Source of the DNA: Parasitella parasitica NRRL 2501
Taxonomy: Eukaryota > Fungi > Mucoromycota
DNA: 64,000 nt
Assembly: GCA_025201805.1 (NCBI GenBank)
Contig: MU619269.1
Coordinates: 64,633-128,632, forward strand
Reading direction: 5' to 3'
The first letter of the stretch is position 1; each line of letters begins with the position of its first letter. Made by a program: the position numbers and the translations under genes. The notes beneath the pieces were generated by a model, which worked only from the letters and a program-made list of their open reading frames with translations, did not search any database and was not told the DNA's origin. Shown in pieces: positions 49,594-62,225 of this stretch.

Positions 49594-52500
49594 TTATAAT
49601 AGTTGGAGCTTCCAGTCAACCTTTTCAATTATAGGCTTATCGATCATTTTGGTATTATTCTTGGCTTCATCGAATTCCTCCTGCGAAGCGTACTGTAAAT
49701 CATACATGTTAGTCATGTTTTAATTAATACGACAAAAGTAAACCAACTTACCAAACTAACAGTCAGTTGCAGAGGCACAAAGATAGTAGCCATGGAAGAC
49801 TCAAGTTCTTTGAGAAACTTTTCAAACTTTTCTTGAATAGCTCTGGCTTCTTCAACGTATTCAAATGGAACAAGAGCACGAGTCAGGTTGCCGAGGTCGT
49901 CTATATACAGGTAAAACAAGAAATATTAAGCATCATATTTACATACAAATCCACATAAGCTTACGTTGCATTGTGCTGGCTTTCTCTATAAGTTTCTTGA
50001 CAGAATTGACGATATATTCTTCTTCAAACACTGAGCCCTTCTTACCACGAGCTCTTTTACGCTCTTCCTTTTTTCTAAGTTTAGACGTTTTTCTAGTTTT
50101 GGTGGACCCTTGAGAAGACACGGAAGATACCCGTGAAGATGCATTGGTATATCGAGTGAATTGACTGTACATTGATGTAGTGTCTGAAAACATGTCAATG
50201 TTATCCAAAGTATCGTCGTTGGCCATGGCGTTCTCAATGTTTACTTCAGACTTCTTGGTGCGAAGCTCCACAAGACGCGCGCTTTGCTTGTGGAACTGGG
50301 CCATCATCTCGTCAATGTCATCATCCGTTTGCGTATATCCTTCAACGAGTCCAGGCTTGACATGAGTCTCAATCAGATCAGAGCGATCATGCATATAGCA
50401 GGTTCGCTCAGCTTCTTTCCAGCAACTGCCCTTCAGTAAACAATCGACAGCTTCTTCAATATCCTTGGCATAGTCCTTTGCAACAACGGCTGCTTCTTGG
50501 AACCTACGCTTATCCTTTAAATGTTCAATCATATCATAGGCCAAGGCATGGATATCCTCATCCGTGTATTTCAATTGCTTTGCGATCGAGAAAGACTCTC
50601 TCCAACATCCAGCCATGCGATACGATTCTAGGGCCTTGATAGAGTTGCCTGCCATGGTATAGATAATACCGGCCTCCTCAAAATTAGTGGTAAAAAGGAG
50701 ATGCGCACCATACACCTCCAAGATGGCCAGTTTTTGCTGCTTTCTGTGGGCGTATTCTTCAATTGCAACATGGTAAAGAGAATGCGTTTGCATGTACTCT
50801 AGTACTTTATCAAAATGTTGATCGCCAGCCATACTAAGGTTCTTGATAGCCTTTTCGTACCGCTTAAGATGGTCATCAATCTTGTAGCGCTGATAGTACT
50901 TTTCAAAGTTCTTCAATTCTTGCAAGAATGGAAGGTATTCCTTGGGATCCATTTGTGCCTGTTGAGCAACCATGAGCACCAGCGGGAAATTGTACATACC
51001 TAGAGCAACATCATACAACAAGGCAGCCTTACACAAGAAAATGGTATATTTCAAGGCCTCCTCAGCAGCAGCCATATCAGTTTCGCGAAGCTCAGATAAA
51101 AGAGCCATGGCAGACTCAAGATCAGGAGGTGAGCTTCTGACATAGGTGGAAAGAATAGACTGAATGTAGTGCTCGCGGCCCAGCTCAACCAGGACACTAC
51201 GAACGGCCTCACAAATGCTGTTGACCTTATTTTCAACGCCACTTGCTGCTGTCAGTTGATCTGCAGAAAGACCGCCGCGGCGATACATGGTAACCAATGT
51301 ATCTTCGTTACGAAGGTTAGACAGGAATAGATTGAGATAGTCCACTTCTGACACCTGTTCAATGAACGCATGGATGTTCTCTACAAAGCGAGCGGGGCTG
51401 TCGTCATAAAGAATATTGAGATCAATACGATTCTTACGACAAGCGATAAAGGCAGAGCGGAAGTTGAGAGCCCTCAAGTCTTCACGAATAGTGGCAAGCA
51501 CAAAGGCACGGGGACTGATGGTTTCAAGATTACCGCGAGGCATTTGAAGGACCAGAGACGGCTTGTGTTGAGTTGCCATGACAATTTTGGAGCCGCGTTC
51601 AAGACGTCTGGAAGTTTCATCGTACGCATCACTGGTCTCGTCAGAAAGCTTTAGCCCCTCCAGTGGCGCGCTATCCAAAGCCAAAAATCTTGCAGAATGC
51701 CTAGTTGTGGAGAAGACCAACCAAGTTCCACGCAAAAAGAATGAAGTGGCTTCTGACGAAATAAGCTTATCATTGATGTAAAGCTTGCTTCGGTCAGTTA
51801 ATCCCACGATGGCTTTTTCATCACCATTCACACCCACACGGGCCGTAGCAATCCAGGAACAGAAGCTGGGGAATTGCTCTGCAGGGGTTACAATCGGCGT
51901 CTCGTCCTGTAACTCAACATTGGAGACTGACCCATCTATTCCTTCCACAATCAAGTCTTGATTAGTAGCATTGTAATAAATGCGTCCAATTTGTTTGTCT
52001 AGTGGGCTGGCCAACACAGACAAGATTTCACTGCCGGGCGTAAAGGAGCCAACACAGAGCATATCCGTTTGCAATTCCTCATCGTATTGGCAGAAAACAA
52101 GTCTAGTTTCGCTAACCCAGCAAAGCTGCCTGATGGGATTCTTTGCATAAGTCTCATTACCGGCATTGATTTCTGGAAATACGACTTTTCCAGCAAGCGG
52201 TGCACCTCCATGGCCTCTTTCAGGTAAATCAAAGAATTGAATGTCTTGGTTTGTGAGTACAGCAATCTTCAAGCCATTGGCTTGTGGGCCAAAAGCAACA
52301 TACTGGATGTCGCTTAGAGTGGAGACAGTAAGCGAGCTCATGGGTGGAGGCACATTCATGTAACTGAAGGGTGTCAACAGCAATTGAGCGCCGTCAATAA
52401 CTGCGACGTAGCCTGAATTGCTTTCGTCGATAGAAGTACTAGTGTAAACATCCCAGTTGTAGGAGAGCCTTTGATATTGGCCAGAGCTACTGACCAGATG

Positions 52501-53718
52501 TGCGATCAAAGCATCCTCTACATCCCAGGCAAATCCTACGATATTTCTGTGCTCTGAAAGTACAATGTGCTGCTTCATATACCAGTGGTAGTTCTTTGAT
52601 GTCCACAGCTGAACCGTCTTTTGTAAATCACCGTTTGCGTTTAATGATTCGATCCAGACTGCCAGAATGGTAGAGTCTGCGTTCCACAATACTTCCATTA
52701 CTCGCTGTGTTTGATCTCGGGTCTCTCTTAACGTAAATTCGCCATGTCTCAATCCATTTCTTTCAAAAAACACAATATCGTGGCGATGAGGAAGACGTTG
52801 GCTAGATACAATCAGATTCCCAGAGGGTCTCCAGTCCAAAGCTTGCTCTAATTTATCGACAGGCTCACTGGTGTTTTGCAGCGTACCCTCACGGTTAAAA
52901 ATTCGTATCACACGGGCTGATTTACTGGGATCAATGTCTGAAACAACAAAGAAACTGCCATCGCCTCTCCATGACACTCGCGGCCTTGAATCATCGTTGT
53001 CTGAAGTGCTGAATTTACTGGTATCCACCTTTTGCTTTGCGGCTTCTTTGCCTGCAGAACCATGGAATTGTGTCTCCTTGCTGCCCCATCCAACGCTGTG
53101 CTGCACTCCTTCTCCTTGATCTTCCACATGGAGCTCAAACTCGGTGATCGGGTCGAAATCTTGTGTCATCTCCAAAACTTTTTTCTCGCCTGTGTGTGTA
53201 TTTGCATTAGTAAAAGAGCTGCCTACTACATGTATACTCACCTGTTACCAACACAACTATATCTTGATCTGGACTCCAGCAGACGGCGTGAATACCAGAA
53301 TCCACAGAACCCATAATCTCCATCTAAAATAACATTGCATGTCAATGCGCTAATTCCACATGAGCCTGTCAAAAAAAAAAAAAAAAAAAAGTGCACATAC
53401 TGCCTCTTGTCCATTCTCGAAGCGCTCTTTACTAAAGAGCATGATGTCGCCATGGAGTGTGCAGAGACAGACAACTTTCAAATCGGCCAGGAAAGTAAAG
53501 CTGACAATGTCTGCTGAAGAGCAGCGACCGATCTCGACAAAGACATTGGGATCTCCTGGAGCTAGATTAGTGGCTGCAACTCGGATGTGGGATTGTTCAT
53601 CTGGAAATGCAACATAGACGGTTAATGACTCGGGATCTGTTGCAATAAAGGATCTAGCTTTGATATCTGAATTAGTGATTTTGGAGGATCTTTGCCCCAA
53701 AAGTTCCAAGCTACGCAT
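49594..53718 (-). CDS. ELP1: Elongator complex subunit 1 (Elp1/Iki3), multi-exon
   Basis: SVGWGSKETQFHGSAGK, FFERNGLRHGEF, LQMPRGNLETISPR, QMDPKEYLPFL and basic C-terminal RKRARGKKGSVFEEEY. Confidence 0.96.
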
Positions 53719-54408
53719 AGTGTAAGAATTATGGCAATGAAAAAAAAAAAAAAAGTGAAATTTCAAACCGTTTGATGTGGATTTACACTGGAAAATTTTG
53801 ATCACACAGTCACTTTGGGCTTCCTGACAGCCATGTATTTGTTCCATTACTCATCATCGTGGAGGTGGTTAGCAGCTCTCACTATAGTCCTTAATGGAAG
53901 CTACAATAGTATGTGAAAAAGTCATTGTAGATAATATATTCCACCGAAATTGGATACACCACATCATTTAGAAAGTGGTGCAATAATTCAACCCGTTAAA
54001 TATGATTGCAAAACATGCTGATTAGCTAAACATCATGTAGAACAACTCTTTATCAAGCTGAAATGATCCAACCAATTTGGATGTATATGCATTACTTGTT
54101 CAGCAGAATTTCAGTTAGGACTCTCTTGAAATAAGCCTTCTTGATGAAACTGCCTTTTACCTATTTGAAAAACTTATCCCAATGCTTGCCTGCATGCAAG
54201 TGTGACATCTTCGCCAAACGTTTTCTACTCAAAAGCTATTCATGTTGTTCCTGACGGTGTCACGGTATGTTCGAATACAAGAATTTATCATTATGGTCTT
54301 GGTACTTTAACTTTGAGATTTGCACAACATGTCCGACTAAATCGACCCCATTTAATTTACAATTTTTATCATGTTTTTTTTATTATGTTCTGATTATTTG
54401 ATCTCGAT

Positions 54409-55380
54409 TTATCCTTCCCAATGAACTATGAAAGAGAAATAGGAGTTAGTCAACATACCAACTATAATTCAACATTTTTCTCAGTTACCAGGCAATGAGT
54501 TTCCGGGGATGAACAATCTCTGAACACCATCTTTTGTAATGACAGCTAAACGTATGACACCACCTGAAGAACCATCACGAGACATTGCTAATGACAAAGC
54601 TATATAATATCAAACAATACGTCAATCTGGGATCCACTTTCTACATGGGCAAGCAAAAACTTACAATTCTTTACAAAATCTTCGCACTCTGCGCGAGTCA
54701 TGTCATCCTTGTAATTTGCATCGCAGTAACCGTAGATATAAGTTGATCCGGACCCTACGACAAAAGATGTTGAATTAAACTAAAAAAAAATCCAAGCGCC
54801 TGAAACATCAACTTACCACCAATGGCAAAAGGAGCCTTATGTAAGGATCCACCAAGAGGAATATTATATACAGAAGGGCCACTTGCCTTATCCCAGCCAG
54901 CAACAATAATACCTGCAGACAAATTATCCTTGTTTTGATAACACATTTCCTGGAATAAAGCAGCAGCTGTGCGAACACTAGGAGCTTCATTTTCGTTTAC
55001 ACTAGGTTTATATTATCAGTATCATGCATCCTTCCTTTTTTTTTTTTTTTTTTTTGATCAAAATCATTCAATACTTACGTATACATTTGAAGATAATAAT
55101 GAACAATGTCTGCAACAGCTTGAGTATCGGCAGCGGAACCTGAGCGGCAGCAGTAGATGGTGTCATGAACTTTGGTTAATTTGTCGGTAACTCTGTTAGC
55201 AATGTAGGCACCAGTGGTTGTACGTGAATCGGCACCAAGAATTACACCATCTTTGTAAGCGACCGCCATAATGGAAGTCTATAAAATGAAAAAGTAAATT
55301 AGTCGGTCGAGCCCATATCTTTTGCATGCCATGTATGTAAACTTTACACCAAGATTAACTTCTCCCTTCTTCAGACTCAT
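54409..55380 (-). CDS. PRE3: 20S proteasome beta-1 subunit (Pre3), multi-exon
   Basis: Propeptide [11 protein letters not shown] followed by TSIMAV...[33 protein letters not shown] and [10 protein letters not shown]. Confidence 0.96.
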
Positions 55381-56149
55381 GTTTTATAATTCAAATTTAT
55401 TCAAAGGGTAAAAAAAAAGAAGATGTTTGAAGAGTACGTATGTAGATTTGACCTTGACTGACTATTAAAAAATTAGCTTGAACATTTTTTTGGGTCTGTA
55501 GATTACGCGTTTAAAGAGCAAATGGGAATCGATGTCATCAGAGTACATGTACGATTGTAGTGCAAATGTGCTCTTTGTTCATATAAGGATATTGGCCAAT
55601 TCAAAGCCCACAATCCTTTGCGAGGAAAGGGGAAACAAAAAATGGATTTAGCTGATGATTAACCAAAGATTTTTGTACATGGAGTATGCTGGGAATTTGC
55701 TGTTTAAATTTGAGAAATGTTCAGTGCCGTATGAGTATGTATACACATGCAAATTCTTCAAGCTTATATCCTGTTTCGGTTAGCTAATGTGAAAGTGATC
55801 ATTGATTCCTATCCTGCTAATACCTAATACTGCTCCAAAAANNNNNNNNNNAAAAAAAAAAAAAAATAGACAGCAAAGAGCGATTTCAAGAATGGATAGT
55901 TATTATTTTAACTTTTTTTTTTCTTCATTGATGTAATACAATGCTCTCGTCAAACTGAAATTAATACTATAATCTCATTTAATAGTGAACAAATAAGCTA
56001 TAGGATTTCTATCGAGTCTTGGTAGTGTAATAATGGCCAACTACTGTCCTGCAATGATCAATAATGCATTCATATTCATCAATTAACTAATTTTTTGTCC
56101 ATCTAAACCTTGGCTTTTCCCATAACAAAAAATACCACGTTAAACAAGG

Positions 56150-56720
56150 CACTAGAAAGTACTTGGCGGATAAAAATAATATTTTGTAATCATCAAGATG
56201 CAAGCAGAAATATGTTTTAGGGCGGACAAATGCTTAGTTTTTGGATGTTTGATGGCATAGTTTATGGTCCTTTTGGCCATTTCAGGAGCTTGGAACAATG
56301 CCAAATGGGTTTTCCAGGACTCGTAGTCATGATCCGATACATTTGCAGAGAAAAAAGTTTGCTGAAAAATCAATCAATTTTTAACAATTTCGCATGAGGG
56401 TCCATAAGAAAAAATCGATGGTTTTTCATTTTCTGAATTTTGGCCTCAAAAATGAGAATTTTTACTATTGTGTTTGTTAGTGAAAAATACTCGGATACAC
56501 TCCAAAATTCATATTTAATTGCCTTTTTAAGGATTACTTATTCAATACATGGACTTTTACATTAAAAACGTGTTTCTCTAAAAATGTGAATTTCTTGAAA
56601 CTCCATCATGCAAAATTTTTGAGAGTTATTTCATTAATTGCGCAATTGAATTCTCTATAAAAATGAATTAATAATAAATAGGTATTATCTTATTACTTTT
56701 TAGAGATAATGATAAAAAAG
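56150..56720. repeat. Possible degenerate non-autonomous transposon remnant in a long intergenic region
   Basis: Non-coding, with weak similarity to 2460-2830. GAGATAATGAyrAAAA also occurs at about 17120 in the 16.3-18.2 kb element. Palindrome AATTGCGCAATT near 56636. Confidence 0.25.
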
Positions 56721-58395
56721 TGGTGAAGCATTCAAAAACTTGAGGTTGCGATCGTCTATCAGGAAAAAAAAAAAAAAGAAAAAAAAAGTCGGCGTTTGAA
56801 TCGGTCTCGATGCTGCTGCTGCTGCTGCTCCTGTTACGGCTACTACACCACCTCACATGCCTATTCTATTAAAAAAAGGAGAGTTGAAGCGCAAAGCCAG
56901 ATGCACAGTATGCAAATTATTTATTGTATTCTATTAACAAAGGTTCCTATTAAATAAATTAAACAAAATCCTATCCTACTCAGTTATATAAAGTTATTGA
57001 CAATACATCAAATGTCCACTCCAACAACTCCATTTGATCCCCTTGACTGAGAATTAGCGCTAAAAAAATATAACGGGAATATTAACAAAAAAAAAAAATT
57101 GTAGCAGTAATAAGGGTAGGGCAATATATCCAGTATTATGACGAACCCTGAAAATAATAAAAGGCAGGAAAGAGGCAACGAACCTCCTTCTCATCCTTCT
57201 CCTTGTTTATCTCCTCATCATATGTAAAGTTAAATAATAAATGCAACAGCAGACATCTATTACGTCTATCCCAAAGGTCACAGATATATCTTGCTTTAGC
57301 TGAAACCTTGGTGGTGGTCTCATACGATTGATTCCGTTGTATACGTATCTAGAATGGGATCAGATGTCAAGCTCCCTGCAAGCAATCATTTAATAATAAT
57401 ACAAAAAATCACAAGGAATGGTGAACTGGTTGCACCCCAAGGCAACATAAATGTATAAAAAAAAAAAGTGTATGACACAGGATGAATAAGGCTACATGTT
57501 GCTGATGGTAACATGATGCTCATTAATCAGCATTCTTATCATTTATTAAGATATGTATACGTATATTGGACAATGAATTTCATATTTAAAATGGACGAAA
57601 GACACTGGGTTGATGCCACTGTCAGCTGCCTTTGGGTTTCCAATAGGATGGTCCATAAAACGATCCGTTTGTTTGTTTATTTTGCCTATTGTCATCATCT
57701 TGACCACAAAGGGTAAACAATTCAAAAATTACAGATTATTACACAAATTTGTAATATGTGTACATTAAGGGCAAACCTTGATTAATATTTATACAAACAT
57801 ACACTGCTGTGTTATACACAGTCTATAATTTAATATACAGGAGTGTGTAGCTTGTTTTATATTTATATAATAACAATAACAATAATAATAAGAAGAAGAA
57901 GAAAGCCTATCATTAGCATTACGTACAAAGATAATACGTAGGAGTGAGGGGATGATCTTTTCTACAAGACAGATAGAAAATACCCACAGCCAATCAAGTC
58001 AAGTTCTTGATGGAATTGCTTTGTCGAAATCTACTAGCGGTATGATAGGTCCCTTTCATTTTTTTACTTGATTTAGATCAACAAGTTTGCTCCTTGAATG
58101 TGCACATATTACTTATCTCTGTCATAAGCAATTATATCGTGCCGAATTTGGATTTTACAGTTGAAGAGAGAACGCAGCTAGCAGTAATTTCTCCTTATAG
58201 AACTGGAGGACTAATAATCAATGGCAATGATAGGACAATCATGCGTCCACAATGCCATACACTACTACAAGTAAAATGCTTTAAAAGGCAACCAACTCCC
58301 CCCCCCCCTTTTTTTTCATGTATAAAAGATCTCATCATTTTTGAGATATTTTCCTTTTTCTTTTTCTCCTCCATCTTACAACAAGAGAGAAAAAA

Positions 58396-60109
58396 ATGTC
58401 CAACATCAATTACGGTTCGATACCTTCATCACCACCCTTGAAAACGCACCATCTAACAGCAGCCGAACGAGATTTGCTACAATCCGACCGTCCTGGATAT
58501 GGATCGAGAACAAGAACTGAAGTAGCCTTTAATTTAGTCAATGCCACCGTTGGGGCTGGTATCATTGGATTGCCATTTGCCATTGCGCATGCTGGTTTCT
58601 TTACCGGTATTGCAGCTTCAGTTGTTGTCGCTGCGCTGGCCCAGATGGGCCTCTACATGCTTGTGATTGCAGGACAGCGAGTTGGCAGCTATAAATACGC
58701 ATTGCTTGTTGAACATTTACTAGGCAGACCTGGCTACCACTTTTTGAACTTTATGATTTGCGTTCAAGCAGGCGGAGGTGCTGTTAGTTATTTTATCTGT
58801 AAGTCCAACAATTAATGCAGATTTTCATTTATACATAGCTGACTTGCCCGCTACTAGTGCTCGGCGATAGTTTACCAATGTTGTTTGAAAGATATCTTCC
58901 TCAATTTCCCATTTTGGGAGATCGTACATTCATTTTATTGTTTGTAGGCATTACATGCGTAAGTCTACTATAGAGATCTCGTCTCTCGGCATCACTTGCG
59001 TTTTCTTACATACAACTATATACACAGGTATTTCCGTTAAACATGTCAAGATCCATTGGTTCCTTAGCCCGCTGGTCGATCATTTCAGTTGCATGCTTAC
59101 CCATTATTCTTCTCACGATTTTGATTAGAGCGCCTGCCTATGCTCCTGAAGAGAGTATTCCACTTGAATGGGTCGGAACTGATGTATTTGGTGCATTAGG
59201 CATTATGGCATTCGCATTCACTTGCCACCAAGTTGCATTTCCCAACTTCTTGACACTGGAGAACCAATCGACTCATAGCTGGAAATTGACCACCATATTA
59301 TCCACCGGTATCAGCTGGTTGATTTCAATGACCTTTGCTATTATTGGCTACTTGTGCTTTGGATCCAAAGTACAATCCAACCTGTTTATGAATTTTGCCA
59401 GCGACGACCCACTTATCAACGTTGGCCGTTTTGCACTCAGCATAAGCATGATCTTGACCATTCCGTAAGTGTGTGTAATACAAGAAAAAACGTGCTGTTT
59501 TGTATTAATATTATTTTTAGTATGGGTATCTTTCCTACTAGAGAAGCCATCCAAAAATCGTTGGGATTCGAAACTGCCAGCAAACAGCCTACCAACAAGC
59601 AACATTACACAGTGACAATTGTATTATTCGCCGTCATTCTGGGAATTTCCATTGCAGTGAAATCTCTTGGCACTGTGTATTCCATTGTCGGTGGGTTTTC
59701 GGCCACGACCCTCGCCTACATATTACCTGCAGCTTCCTACCTTGTCACCCGCAGTGTCTATCATAAGAATATGAGCTCACAATCCATTCTTAACGCTTCG
59801 CAACCAAAGAATTTCATTGGTGTATTCCCTACTTTAACCGGATCAACCACTTTGACTCCTGACGAAAATGACTTGAAAGCACCCCTCTCATGGGATACTG
59901 CATCCTGTTCCTCATCTTCTGCAAGACATTTAGCTCTTGATGATGATGTTGCTACCGTAGATGGCGAGGAAATCAATGAGCCCGATTTAGGAATGTACAC
60001 ATCTTTAAAGCCTACTTTGCTTATGGATATCGCAGCTGGCTTGCTTATCGTATGGGGCTTTGGAGTCATGTTCTTGTCATTATCATCAGCATTTCAAGGT
60101 TCTAATTAG
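58396..60109 (+). CDS. Amino-acid transporter, AAAP/SLC38 (SLC38A11/Avt2-like), paralog of 23143-24608, 3 introns
   Basis: DLLQSDRPGYGSR, NLVNATVGAGIIGLPFA, RSIGSLARWS and LGIMAFAFTCHQ. Confidence 0.9.
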
Positions 60110-60189
60110 AAATACTCTCCTTCATCACTGTATTCCCCCCCCACCCCTATTTTTTATACACTTTTTGACAATAAACATTTCAACTTTAT

Positions 60190-61597
60190 TCAGTTTCTTG
60201 CCATATGAATTCTCTATAAACAAGAAGAAAATTAACTCTCAAATATACGAAAGTACCAAAGCAGATTACACTTACTCTTCCCTTTTTACTGAGAGAAACA
60301 GGCTTATTGTTGGGTGCGCCATGGCCACCATTAACCAAATTAAACTTGTCAATCAGATCATTGACAGTGTTTAATCCTTTGGTAATCGAAGCAAGATAAC
60401 CGACTAATAAGACATCATTGTATTCCTATATTGCCCCATCAATACATACTGAAATCACAGGTTGAATATAAACGTACCGTCCGGAACTGCTCGTCAAAGG
60501 CTGATTTCTCCAAAACAGGCGATCTGGTACAGATACTAGAGATCTGGCGAATAATATCGTGGTCGATGGGTATGGCACCAGATTGGGCATCTTGCAAGTA
60601 CTGATAAAGAAATCGAATTCTAGTATTCAGCATGGCAATGGCATTTCTCTGTGTAGTCAAGTGAGCAATCACTTGATGGGCCGTAAATAAATCATCCTGT
60701 CATTCATAACGATACCTACATGTATTCCCAAGACCGGTGTCTGCGCTCGAAGAACTAGGCTTAGCCACATGATCCACTGCAATACATTCAGCTTCTCCAG
60801 TCTCCACCTTGTACGTTGATTTGATGAAGACTAATCTGGTATGTCCTTCCACAATGTCAATGACAGACTCATAGATGTCGACTGGGAAGTCTTTGGCAAC
60901 CCCTGCCGGCTGCAATGCCCTTGGATCCATCTGTAAAAACAGGGCTGATTCGCTCACTTGGAGGAACTATGGCGCAAGTTATTTATCTATCTTTGCTCAT
61001 GTGTGCATGCAACTGCCTGTACCTGCTCATGAAGTTTCAAATCGGCTTCGGAAGGAGCTGTTCCGAGAGTGTACCAGCCCATAAAGTCAAGATTTGGAAA
61101 CACTTGTTTTACTAGATGGCCCTTTTTCTATCAGTGTTCTGGGGCGGCTACGTGTGGGAGGGCCTGTACTTACATTGCTCTAATTTGTACAATAAGAATG
61201 ACTTGTCTACTACTGTGTTACTGTCATGCTCAAACGATAAGGGAAGTTCAAACGAATTGATGATATCGACATCACGTCCAGACTGCGAGGCCAATAACGC
61301 CCCGTACATACGGCCTGTATGCCATGTGAATACACGCAAAACGAAAGCTATCGTAGTTTATCTTACCGTTTTCAATGGCTGTAGGGTTCTGCAACTTTGT
61401 GCGTGTGTAATGGTCAGAGATATTCAGCAAAACCAAGGGATGGCTACATGCACAAAGACAATATCAGTTGGATAGACACGGCAATGATTAGATACAAGCT
61501 ACACATACACCGCTATAGAGAGGCCAGAGCTGCTTTGAGCAGTAGATACAATAGGTGCTGTTTGTGTAGTTTCGTCTATTATATCCATAGCGCTCAT
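60190..61597 (-). CDS. CSN6: COP9 signalosome subunit 6 (MPN-minus), multi-exon
   Basis: IAVHPLVLLNISDHYTR, YKVETGEAECIAVDHVA, LTTQRNAIAMLNTRI and EYNDVLL. Confidence 0.9.
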
Positions 61598-62225
61598 TGT
61601 GCACTTTTTTTTCTTTTCTTTCTTTCTTTACTACAAGGAAAAAGAGCACAACCTTGATAATGCAAAACAAAAGGATGGAGAGTGAGCACTCGTGACGCGT
61701 ATCTGCCATTGCAAATGGCGAGTGAAGGGCAAATCAATACGGCTAATCACAGGCAAAAGCATTGTATCACATATTTTCATCACACAAAAGCTTTTGCGCA
61801 AGCATTGACGCTCAAGATCCTTGCTATATTATGGAGGATTTTGTCATTTGTTTTAGTTGAAATACGACCATGATTTTGCCAGATGAAGGCAGGAGTGTGT
61901 TATGGGTCTATTCAAAGCTGCCAATACTGGCCAAGACTACCCATTCTCAAATGTTTGCTGGTGCAATGTTACAATCCTGGTTCTCTGGTGATAGCCATGA
62001 AAGGCACTTGACTGTCTATATACACCATGTTCCGTAGTTGCGAATTGACAAAGCATCGTCAATGCGAGCAACAGCTGTTTCACCATGTTCACAACTTTAA
62101 TTCGTGGGGGGGGGTTTAGGATGGGGGTTTGGCAGCAGAAAAGTAGAATTTGAAACCCATTAAAGGGACAACAAAGCATCCTTTTTTCTTTTGCTCTCTC
62201 TCTTTCTCTTGAAGTAATTGGGGGA

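Noticed and set aside
54152-54160. GCCTTTTAC, identical to the U5 snRNA loop 1
   Set aside because: The flanks do not form the U5 stem and there is no suitably placed Sm site.
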